Origin: Treponema sp.
GTDB lineage: Bacteria > Spirochaetota > Spirochaetia > Treponematales > Treponemataceae
DNA length: 64,000 nt
NCBI GenBank assembly: GCA_024402475.1
Contig: JAKSTQ010000006.1
Location: forward strand, 28,529-92,528
Reading direction: 5' to 3'
Each line of letters begins with the position of its first letter. Within the stretch, counting starts at the first letter, position 1. This document shows, in pieces, positions 56,375-64,000 of the stretch. Position numbers and translations under genes: made by a program. Below the pieces are notes generated by a model, which had not been told where the DNA came from, searched no databases, and saw nothing but the letters and a program-made list of their open reading frames with translations.

Positions 56375-56912
56375 CCTTGTACTGGTTGTAATATACCAGG
56401 GCTGCAATCATCAGTGCGTGCGGATATTCTGAACTTCCCATTTTTGCAAATACTTCTTTTTGCGGAACCGGAAATGCTGTTACATATTCATCATCATCAA
56501 GATCCTGCTTTCCTGGCTTTGAAAGTCCCTGTGCTAGAAAGTAATGCATTTTGTTTTCCTGAATTGCAGGGTTTGGACTGCAGGATCCAAGATAAATCAT
56601 TTTCTGTGCCGTGCAGCCTGTTTCTTCCTTTAATTCCCTTACTGCGGCTTCTTCAGGTTTTTCTCCGTCATCAATTACGCCGCCTGGAAATTCAATGCTC
56701 AAACCTTTGTAGCCGTGACGCCATTGTTTTACCATAAGAAAATTATCGCCGTCTTCTGGAATGACGCATGCCCAGTCTTTGGGTGAAAGAATTACATAAG
56801 TTCCTTCCTGTCCGTCCGGTGATATGCTTTTTGTATTTAAAACTGAAAAGACTGGTGTCTTAAAAACTTCTGTTCTGCTTTCTTCTTTCCAGATAAGATC
56901 GTTATCGTTCAT
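56361..56912 (-). CDS. NUDIX hydrolase (ADP-ribose pyrophosphatase-like)
   Basis: VKQWR, EFPGGVIDDGEKPEEAAVRELKEETG, SPNP, LDDDE. Confidence 0.9.
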   Translation of the reverse strand: MNDNDLIWKEESRTEVFKTPVFSVLNTKSISPDGQEGTYVILSPKDWACVIPEDGDNFLMVKQWRHGYKGLSIEFPGGVIDDGEKPEEAAVRELKEETGCTAQKMIYLGSCSPNPAIQENKMHYFLAQGLSKPGKQDLDDDEYVTAFPVPQKEVFAKMGSSEYPHALMIAALVYYNQYKATNS

Positions 56913-56929
56913 CAAAGCCTCGATTTTTT

Positions 56930-56958
56930 TTGACAGATTAGGATATTGGCTTTATCAT
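56930..56958 (+). promoter_or_regulatory. sigma70 promoter
   Basis: TTGACA-N17-TATCAT; SD AGGAGG before 56998. Confidence 0.7.
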
Positions 56959-56997
56959 AATATAAAGACTTGATTTAATAAACTGCAGGAGGAACTT

Positions 56998-57819
56998 ATG
57001 GCCGTTATTGCTATTTCACGTCAGGTTGCCGCTTTGGGTGACGAAATTGCTGCTGCTACTGCGAAAAAACTTGGATACAAATTTATTACTCGACAGGAAA
57101 TAGAAAAGAGAATTGTTGACCTTGGATTCCCTGCTGATAAACTTAAAAAATATGATGAACGCAAACCGGGCTTTTTTGCTTCTCTTGCTAAAGACCGTGA
57201 CGAATATATGGATTATCTTCAGACTGCAGTTCTTGAAGCTGCTGCTGAAGGCGACTGTATTTTAATCGGCCGCGGTGCTTTTATCATTCTTGGTGAATTG
57301 CCTAATCTATTTTCCGTAAGACTTGTTTCTAAAGATGATGTCCGCATGGAACGCCTTAAAAAAGAATTCAGCTGGAATGACAAGCAGGCTAAACAGAGAA
57401 TCGAAGAAAGCGACTCCAACCGTCTTGGATTCCACAAAAGCTTTTTCAACCACCAGAATGAAGAATCTACAAACTTTGACATGGTTTTGAATTCCGGCGT
57501 CTTCAATGAAGAAGCTGCTTCCAACATGATTGTTGAAGCTGTAAAAAATATCATTACTCCTGAAAAAGAAGAAGGCGGTAAACTTAAGGTTCGCGATCTT
57601 CTTCTTGCCCAGAATCTTGTTAATACTCTTATCTTTAAGCATAAAATCAACATCAACTTTTTGCATGCTGTGGTTACAGGTAATAAAATTGTTCTTCAGG
57701 GTGTTGCCGATTCCAATGCGATTGTAGAAAAGGCTTTGATTTTAAGTTCAAAGGAACTTCCTGAATATCAGTTTGAATCTACTATCAGTGTTGTTCAGGA
57801 TTTTAAGACATATCCATAA
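56998..57819 (+). CDS. Cytidylate kinase-like family protein with C-terminal BON-like domain
   Basis: IAISRQ..LG..IA, LIGRG, SD..R..FHK.FF, FDMVLN; tail V..NKIVLQG. Confidence 0.8.
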   Translation: MAVIAISRQVAALGDEIAAATAKKLGYKFITRQEIEKRIVDLGFPADKLKKYDERKPGFFASLAKDRDEYMDYLQTAVLEAAAEGDCILIGRGAFIILGELPNLFSVRLVSKDDVRMERLKKEFSWNDKQAKQRIEESDSNRLGFHKSFFNHQNEESTNFDMVLNSGVFNEEAASNMIVEAVKNIITPEKEEGGKLKVRDLLLAQNLVNTLIFKHKININFLHAVVTGNKIVLQGVADSNAIVEKALILSSKELPEYQFESTISVVQDFKTYP

Positions 57820-58553
57820 TGAATTATCCGGTTAACATAATCTGTAATTTATTCTTTCTCTCTTTTGGTGGCTTTTTTGCCGGTTTAATCTGCCTGATTG
57901 TCTGTTCTGCTTCCCGCAAAAAAGGAAAATCCTTCAGAGCTTCGTGGACTTTGACCTGCCTTGCGCTGGTTCTGGGTTTTGCAGGCCTTTATCTTTACCT
58001 TGCTCCTTCGCCTTATGATGTGAATGTTCTTCTTTCACTTTTAAAGAATAACTGGATTTGTTTTGCGGTTTATCTTGGGATTGGACTTATATGTTCTGTT
58101 TTCCCAAAATCAGTTTTTCCTGCCATATTCATTCTGTATTTTGCATTTTCCATGGTTGTGGGAATTTCTTCTTACAAAAGATATCCGCGTATCACTAGCG
58201 TTCCTGTAAGTGTAAGCAAAACTAAAGTTGTAATCGATAAAATTCACTATAAGCCGGAAAATAAAGACGCTCCTGTTGCAATTACAGTGAACTGTTACTC
58301 TGTTAAAAATTATTTTGTTCTGCCTTTGCCTCAGGTGTGGTACAAAATCGAAGGCGTGACCAATTCAATTATGCTCAACAGAATCGAAGAAAAGCCAAAA
58401 AGTATTGTTGATGACCTTCTTTTTATGGTTTACGGGCAGCCTGAAATTATTGAACTTGAACTGAAAGACCGCACGTTTGAACCTGTTCTGTATAACCTTA
58501 AAATCAAGGCGTCAGCTGATAATGTTCAGGCCGGTCTTGAAGAAATTCTGTAA
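57819..58553 (+). CDS. Hypothetical membrane protein (~4 TM plus soluble domain)
   Basis: Hydrophobic N-terminal half; TAATG coupling to the upstream gene. Confidence 0.7.
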   Translation: MNYPVNIICNLFFLSFGGFFAGLICLIVCSASRKKGKSFRASWTLTCLALVLGFAGLYLYLAPSPYDVNVLLSLLKNNWICFAVYLGIGLICSVFPKSVFPAIFILYFAFSMVVGISSYKRYPRITSVPVSVSKTKVVIDKIHYKPENKDAPVAITVNCYSVKNYFVLPLPQVWYKIEGVTNSIMLNRIEEKPKSIVDDLLFMVYGQPEIIELELKDRTFEPVLYNLKIKASADNVQAGLEEIL

Positions 58554-58593
58554 AACCTTGCATTTTACGCGGAATTTTCATATATTATATAGT

Positions 58594-59214
58594 ATGAAAC
58601 TCTCAAATAAATATACTTTGGTTAGAATCATTCTCGCTCCCGTATTCCTGATCCTGTTCTTTTTGCCTAACTGGTTTGCAAAGATTCCTGGATTTACAGG
58701 TTTTGAATTCCTGCAGAAACTGACAGCCGTTATTATGATTCCTCTCCTGGCATTTGCAGAGTTTACTGACTTTCTTGACGGTTACATGGCCCGTAAGCGC
58801 AACGAAGTAAGCGATTTTGGTAAGATTTTTGATCCTTTTGCTGATGTCATTCTTCATGTAACTACTTTTTCCTGCTTTGCAGTAAACGGATATCTTAATT
58901 CACTTGTATTTATTCTTATCCTTTACCGTGAATTTTTCATGACTTTCTTCAGAATGGTTGCTGCTAAAAAAGGCGTTGCAATCGGAGCAAGAAGCGGCGG
59001 TAAAATCAAAACTGTTATGTATGTCGTAACTGGTTTTCTGATGCTCGCTGTTGAAAGCTGCGTTCGCCTTGAACTTATCGTTTCTGAAAAAATTCTTGCT
59101 GGTCTTGATATTGGAATCTTTGTATTTTCAATTATCAGCCTTGCACTTGCTTATATTTCGTTCTTTGATTATCTGAAGAACTTCGGTTCAATCTTAAAAC
59201 AGGAAATTGACTGA
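58594..59214 (+). CDS. pgsA: CDP-diacylglycerol--glycerol-3-phosphate 3-phosphatidyltransferase
   Basis: N.YT.VR, TDFLDGYMARK...SDFGKIFDPFAD, RE, GKIKT. Start at ATG 58594. Confidence 0.93.
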   Translation: MKLSNKYTLVRIILAPVFLILFFLPNWFAKIPGFTGFEFLQKLTAVIMIPLLAFAEFTDFLDGYMARKRNEVSDFGKIFDPFADVILHVTTFSCFAVNGYLNSLVFILILYREFFMTFFRMVAAKKGVAIGARSGGKIKTVMYVVTGFLMLAVESCVRLELIVSEKILAGLDIGIFVFSIISLALAYISFFDYLKNFGSILKQEID

Positions 59215-59252
59215 TTCCTTCTATTAAGTTAACTAATTTCTGTTAAACAGAG

Positions 59253-59298
59253 ATGTATCCTGAAAGCAAAAATCTGCATTTCAGGGTACATTTTTTTT
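59253..59298 (+). terminator. Intrinsic terminator
   Basis: ATGTATCCTGAAA...TTTCAGGGTACAT followed by a T run. Confidence 0.8.
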
Positions 59299-59430
59299 GC
59301 CCTGGAGAATAATTACTGTTTTTTTATGCAAAAAATTCCTCTGTATCAAATTTTTATGTTTTTCTGTTGTGAAATAGTAAATTTGCCGATATAATAGAAA
59401 TGATAGGTTTTTTAACAGGAGAGTAGCAAC

Positions 59431-61638
59431 ATGGAATTAGAAGAACTTGTAGACAACGTTGATTCAATTAAATCTAATGTTAATGATTTTAAAACAAACA
59501 TAAAAAATAACGTATCTGAAATAAAGCAGGAACTTGAGGTTATTGACGAAAACAGAAAGAAAAGCCGTCTTGTTATCAGATTCCTTCTTGCCATTGGCGC
59601 ACTTATTGTAATGAGTTTTCTTGGCATGACTTACGAGGCTGTATCTAAGTCTAAGAATGCCGTTCAGGATACTGTTGAACAGGATGCAAAAATTATTGCT
59701 GCAACAAGTGCTGATGCTATTTCCAACTGGATTGCTTCTGGGCTTGATTCTCTTGCTATGTATGCAAAGTCAGATGTAGTTTTAAGAGGCGCTTCTTCTG
59801 AAGAAATCGGAAGATGGCTTGCTTCTACTGTTGACCGCCGTGAAAAGAAATTCGAATATATTCTTTTTATTGATAAAAACGGAAACAGTTTTTACGATTC
59901 TGGAAAACGCGGTAATCACTCTGACCGTGCTTACTACAAAAAAATTGCTTCGGGACAGGCTTCTAATGTAATTGAAAATCCAACTATTGCAAAAGCAACA
60001 GGAAAAGTTTCTGTAATGGTTGTTCGTGGTGCTTACTCTTCGGAAGGTGATCTTGTAGGTATGTTTGTTGGTGTTCATTCTGTTGAATACCTTCAGGGTT
60101 ATATCCGTTCATTCCAGGTTGGTGCTGAAGGTTTTGCTTACCTTCTTGATGGTAATGGTACTGTTATTGCTCATAAAAACCAGAATCTTGAAATGAAAGC
60201 AAACTTTGTAAAGGATGAATCTCTTGATCCTGGCCTTAAGGAATTGAGTACAAAAGCAATTACCGGTGAAAATGCTGTTGGTGTTGCTTACGAAAAAACA
60301 AAAGCTGAACAGCTTATTGCCGTTGCTCCTGTAGCAGGAACTGCATGGTCTGTATGTCTTGCAATTCCAAAATCTCAGGTTGTTGTTCATTCTAATGCTC
60401 TTGGTAAACGTCTTGCTCTCATCAACTTTGGTGTTGGTGTTGTAATTCTTGTAATTCTTGTTATCATGGTTTCTGTTTCATTGAAGCCTCTTACAACTGT
60501 TGTTGGTATCATCGAAGGTATTGCAACTGGTAATGCAGATTTAACTCAGAGAATTAATATTCACTCTACAAATGAAATTGGTCAGGTAGTTGTTGGATTC
60601 AACCACTTTGTTGCAAAGATTCATGATATCATCAAGAAGATCAAGCGTTCTAAAGATGACCTTCTGGCTGTTGATTCCGACCTCAGTGCAAGTATTGAAG
60701 ACACTGAAAGTTCTATTACAGAAATCCTTGCTAATATCGAAAGTGTAAAATCAAATATTACAAAGCAGAATTCAAGCGTTCAGGGAACTGCAAGTGCTGT
60801 AACTCAGATTGCTTCAAATATTACTTCCCTTGAAAGAATGATCGAAAACCAGTCTTCTGGTGTAACTCAGGCAAGTGCTGCTATTGAAGAAATGATCGGC
60901 AACATTAATTCTGTAAACGGTTCTGTAGAAAAAATGGCTACTTCTTTCGAAAAACTTCAGGAAAATGCCAATACTGGTTCTATTAAACAGCAGAATGTTA
61001 ATGAACGCATTGAACAGATTGAAGTTCAGTCTGAAATGCTTCACGATGCCAACGCCGCAATTGCTGCTATCGCTGAACAGACAAACCTTCTTGCCATGAA
61101 TGCTGCAATCGAAGCTGCTCATGCTGGTGAAGCAGGTAAGGGATTCTCAGTTGTTGCTGACGAAATCCGTAAACTTTCTGAAACATCACAGGCTCAGTCA
61201 AAGACTATTGGTGATCAGCTTACTAAGATTAAAGAATCTATCAGCGAAGTTGTTGTTTCTTCTGCTGAATCAAGCCAGGCATTTGCTGATGTTTCAAGCA
61301 ACATCGAAGCAACTGACGAACTTGTACGCCAGATCAAAGCTGCTATGGCTGAACAGAACGAAGGTTCTAAACAGGTACTCGAAGCATTGCAGATGATGAG
61401 TAATACAACTCAGGAAGTTCGCAGTGCATCTCAGGAAATGTCTAATGGTTCTAAACAGATTCTTGAAGACGTTACAATCCTTAAGGAACATTCAAACGAA
61501 ATGCAGGTCAGCATGGTTGAAATGGATGCCGGTGCAAAGAAAATCAATGAAACTGGTGTTGCACTCCATGATATTTCATCACAGATGCGCGAGACTATTG
61601 CAAGTATCGGAAAAGAAATCGATCAGTTCAAGGTTTAA
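59431..61638 (+). CDS. Methyl-accepting chemotaxis protein (TM-dCache-TM-HAMP-MA)
   Basis: [57 protein letters not shown]. Confidence 0.96.
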   Translation: MELEELVDNVDSIKSNVNDFKTNIKNNVSEIKQELEVIDENRKKSRLVIRFLLAIGALIVMSFLGMTYEAVSKSKNAVQDTVEQDAKIIAATSADAISNWIASGLDSLAMYAKSDVVLRGASSEEIGRWLASTVDRREKKFEYILFIDKNGNSFYDSGKRGNHSDRAYYKKIASGQASNVIENPTIAKATGKVSVMVVRGAYSSEGDLVGMFVGVHSVEYLQGYIRSFQVGAEGFAYLLDGNGTVIAHKNQNLEMKANFVKDESLDPGLKELSTKAITGENAVGVAYEKTKAEQLIAVAPVAGTAWSVCLAIPKSQVVVHSNALGKRLALINFGVGVVILVILVIMVSVSLKPLTTVVGIIEGIATGNADLTQRINIHSTNEIGQVVVGFNHFVAKIHDIIKKIKRSKDDLLAVDSDLSASIEDTESSITEILANIESVKSNITKQNSSVQGTASAVTQIASNITSLERMIENQSSGVTQASAAIEEMIGNINSVNGSVEKMATSFEKLQENANTGSIKQQNVNERIEQIEVQSEMLHDANAAIAAIAEQTNLLAMNAAIEAAHAGEAGKGFSVVADEIRKLSETSQAQSKTIGDQLTKIKESISEVVVSSAESSQAFADVSSNIEATDELVRQIKAAMAEQNEGSKQVLEALQMMSNTTQEVRSASQEMSNGSKQILEDVTILKEHSNEMQVSMVEMDAGAKKINETGVALHDISSQMRETIASIGKEIDQFKV

Positions 61639-61654
61639 TAACCGCTGCTGATTA

Positions 61655-61696
61655 ATAAAAGGGCCATTCCTTAAAACGGGAATGGCCTTTATTTTT
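61655..61696. terminator. Bidirectional intrinsic terminator
   Basis: AAAAGGGCCATTCC-ttaaaacg-GGAATGGCCTTTATTTTT. Confidence 0.85.
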
Positions 61697-61698
61697 GT

Positions 61699-63069
61699 CT
61701 ATTCAAAATCGCGGGTAATGTTTTTGACCCATTTGCCTGATCTGTAGTGAAGGTATACAAAAATCATTTTTTCGTATTCATCAAGGAACATGATTGCATA
61801 GACAACCATTGGCGGGAACTTAAACACAAAAGCACTTAAAAATCCCAGTGGAACAGAAACTACCCACATTGCAATTGTGTCCATGATAAAGCCGAACTTT
61901 GCATCTCCTCCAGCGCGGAAAACACCGCAGATAAATACTGTATTGATTGCAGCTCCAAGAAGAGAAAATGCATTGATAACGCAGAACCATTTAAGGTATT
62001 CCTGTGCTGATGATTTTAAATCTGCAAAGCGGTAAAGAAGAGGTTCACCTATAATCATCAGAATCCCACCAAAGATTCCTGCAAGTACTGTTACTTTAAT
62101 AAGTCGGGCTGCGTTTCGTTTTGCAAGGTCAAGCTGATTTGAACCAAGCTGCTTTCCGATAAGAATTGCACCACCATAAGCAAGTCCAAAACATGCAACG
62201 CTTGCAAGATTCCTTAAAACCTGAACAACTGCATTGGCGGCAACAATGTCTTCGCCCAGGTGACCCATGATTACAGAGTACATTGTAAAACCTGTTCCCC
62301 AGACTGCTTCGTTACCAAGTGCAGGAAGTGAAATATGCAGGAAATCTTTGAAAAGAATTTTGTTCTTGCGGAAAAGGCATTCAAGGCGCAGTTTAATTTC
62401 CTTAACATGAATGACTGCAGCAACAGAAATAACTACTTCTATGATACGTGCAATTGTGGTTGCAAGTGCTACACCTTTTACTCCCATTTTAGGACATCCA
62501 AAAAGCCCAAAGATGAATACGGCGTTCAGGACAATATTGAGAGAAAGTGCTGTTACGGTACAGATTGTTACGATCTTAACTTTTTCGATGCTTTTAAGAA
62601 CTGCCTGGAAAGTCTGGGAGAAAGCAAGAATAAGATAACTCCATCCTACAATTTTGAGATATTCTGCGCCCACGCTAATCATGTTTAAATCATCTGTAAA
62701 AATGCGCATTACATATTCTGGGATGAAAATGGATGCTGCACTGAAGATGAAAGCAACAGCTAGAGAAATTTTAAGTGCAAATCCAAAAATTGTTTCGATG
62801 GAATGTGTATCTTTCTTGCCCCAGTACTGAGCGCAGAGAATTACAAGTCCGCTTGAAAGTCCGATGTAGAAAATAAAAAGTATGAACTGGACATAACTTG
62901 CAAGGTTTACGGCAGCAATTGCAGTCTGACCGACAAAGTTCAGCATAACAACATCGGCAGAACTTACGGCTGCGCTTAAAAGGTTCTGAAGGCAGATAGG
63001 GCCTACGAGGACAAAAAGCTGTCTGAAAAAAGTTTTTTGTTCTTCAGTTTTGATAGGATTAAAAGTCAT
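61699..63069 (-). CDS. MATE family efflux transporter
   Basis: About 12 TM; PI.LQNL...AD, AQYWG, MGVKGVALAT, FRAGGD. Confidence 0.93.
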   Translation of the reverse strand: MTFNPIKTEEQKTFFRQLFVLVGPICLQNLLSAAVSSADVVMLNFVGQTAIAAVNLASYVQFILFIFYIGLSSGLVILCAQYWGKKDTHSIETIFGFALKISLAVAFIFSAASIFIPEYVMRIFTDDLNMISVGAEYLKIVGWSYLILAFSQTFQAVLKSIEKVKIVTICTVTALSLNIVLNAVFIFGLFGCPKMGVKGVALATTIARIIEVVISVAAVIHVKEIKLRLECLFRKNKILFKDFLHISLPALGNEAVWGTGFTMYSVIMGHLGEDIVAANAVVQVLRNLASVACFGLAYGGAILIGKQLGSNQLDLAKRNAARLIKVTVLAGIFGGILMIIGEPLLYRFADLKSSAQEYLKWFCVINAFSLLGAAINTVFICGVFRAGGDAKFGFIMDTIAMWVVSVPLGFLSAFVFKFPPMVVYAIMFLDEYEKMIFVYLHYRSGKWVKNITRDFE

Positions 63070-63224
63070 AATAATGAAAAATTATCTATTAGTTGAAAAA
63101 AAATCAATAGGGAAAAAGGAGTTTCAATGAAACGGCCTTTTTTATGCCCATTTCTTCATTCATACATTGCGCAGTCGTGTTCTTCGAGTTGAAATTTATC
63201 GTTTTATTCTATAAAATGCATATG

Positions 63225-63533
63225 ATGAGTACTCAAAAAACAATTGACCAGGATACATTGGAAAAACTTTTGTATCTTTCAAGACTTTCGCCAGAAAGCA
63301 CAAATCTTACAATCCTTAAAAAACAGGTTGATGATATCGTCGGATATTTTGATACACTTTCAAAATTTGATGACAGTCAGAATCCTTATGACGCATATCC
63401 TTCTACAGAAAGCGACAAACTCCGCAAGGACGAAATTGTTGCAGGACTTGATATTCCTGATGTAAAGAAAGTTTCAGAAAACTTTATGGACGGATATTTC
63501 CAGGTTCCAAAAGTTCTTGGAGAAGGGGCTTAG
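63225..63533 (+). CDS. gatC: Asp/Glu-tRNA amidotransferase subunit C
   Basis: L..LSRL, IVGYF..L, LRKDE, GYFQVPKV; upstream of gatA. Start at 63225 (or 63222). Confidence 0.88.
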   Translation: MSTQKTIDQDTLEKLLYLSRLSPESTNLTILKKQVDDIVGYFDTLSKFDDSQNPYDAYPSTESDKLRKDEIVAGLDIPDVKKVSENFMDGYFQVPKVLGEGA

Positions 63534-63562
63534 TCCTTTTTTAATCTATTTAGGATTTGTTT

Positions 63563-64000
63563 ATGAAATATATTACTATCGAAGAAACTCGTGCGGCACT
63601 TAAAGCCGGCGAAGTTACAAGTGTTGAACTTGTTAAAGAAATCAAAGAAACATTCGAAGCAGACAAAAATTCTGCAATTCCTCTTAATGCTTTTCTTGAA
63701 ATTTATGATGACGTAGAAGCAATGGCAGAAGCTGTTGATAAAGAAATTGCAGATGCAAAAGCCAGCGGAAACCTTGATAAGCTCTACGAAGAAAAACCGC
63801 TTTTAGGTCTGCCTTTTGCAGTTAAGGATAACATTTCTGTTAAAGGAAAGCGCCTTACTTGTGCAAGTAAAATTCTTGAAGGTTATGTTGCTCCTTATAA
63901 TGCAACTGTTATTGCTCGTCTTGAAAAAGCAGGCGCAATTCCTGTTGGCCGCTGTAATCAGGATGAATTTGCAATGGGTTCTTCTACAGAATATTCATGC
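63563..64000 (+). CDS. gatA: Asp/Glu-tRNA amidotransferase subunit A (3'-truncated by window edge)
   Basis: My translation: [46 protein letters not shown]. Confidence 0.95.
   Translation, partial: MKYITIEETRAALKAGEVTSVELVKEIKETFEADKNSAIPLNAFLEIYDDVEAMAEAVDKEIADAKASGNLDKLYEEKPLLGLPFAVKDNISVKGKRLTCASKILEGYVAPYNATVIARLEKAGAIPVGRCNQDEFAMGSSTEYSC

Noticed and set aside
1-64000. Many antisense or alternate-frame ORFs in the track (e.g. 18015-19196, 9635-10453, 26912-27667, 7242-7922)
   Set aside because: They shadow well-supported genes, have F/C/S-rich non-protein-like composition and lack start signals; this is an expected by-product of codon bias.
1-64000. CRISPR array, prophage, integron, reverse transcriptase or intact IS
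   Set aside because: No regularly spaced repeats and no cas, phage, integrase, RT or DDE motifs were seen by eye.

Overview
AT-rich, gene-dense chromosomal segment, most likely from a spirochaete of the genus Treponema (rumen/gut type). This call is an inference from the long archaeal/eukaryal-type PheS, the plastid/Chlamydia-type glycerol-3-phosphate acyltransferase, an FGE-domain lipoprotein, spirochaetal lipoboxes and a tatD-dus-GGDEF-rhomboid block. About 60 CDS and one tRNA-Cys are present, mostly housekeeping (his, aro, def/fmt, era, ftsK, pfk, pheS, glpK, uppP, nnr, pgsA, gatCA), plus a loose beta-glucan/glycoside cluster (GH16-CBM4, GH5, two GH3, a beta-barrel OMP). I saw no CRISPR array, prophage or intact IS. 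The strongest signal is in a ~2 kb accessory patch (46.8-48.8 kb): an Rpn/PD-(D/E)xK nuclease gene with an internal promoter, SD and ATG for a nested C-terminal (antitoxin-like) protein, and a 5' leader that can fold into two mutually exclusive structures, one burying the RBS. Other signals: a GC-rich double palindrome in frame within nnr, recurrent leaderless-promoter architecture, two candidate structured RNAs, a HisA-HisI-HisE fusion before hisD, and a possible deaminase-like domain on RluA. All calls are from motif recognition by eye; no database search or folding program was run.
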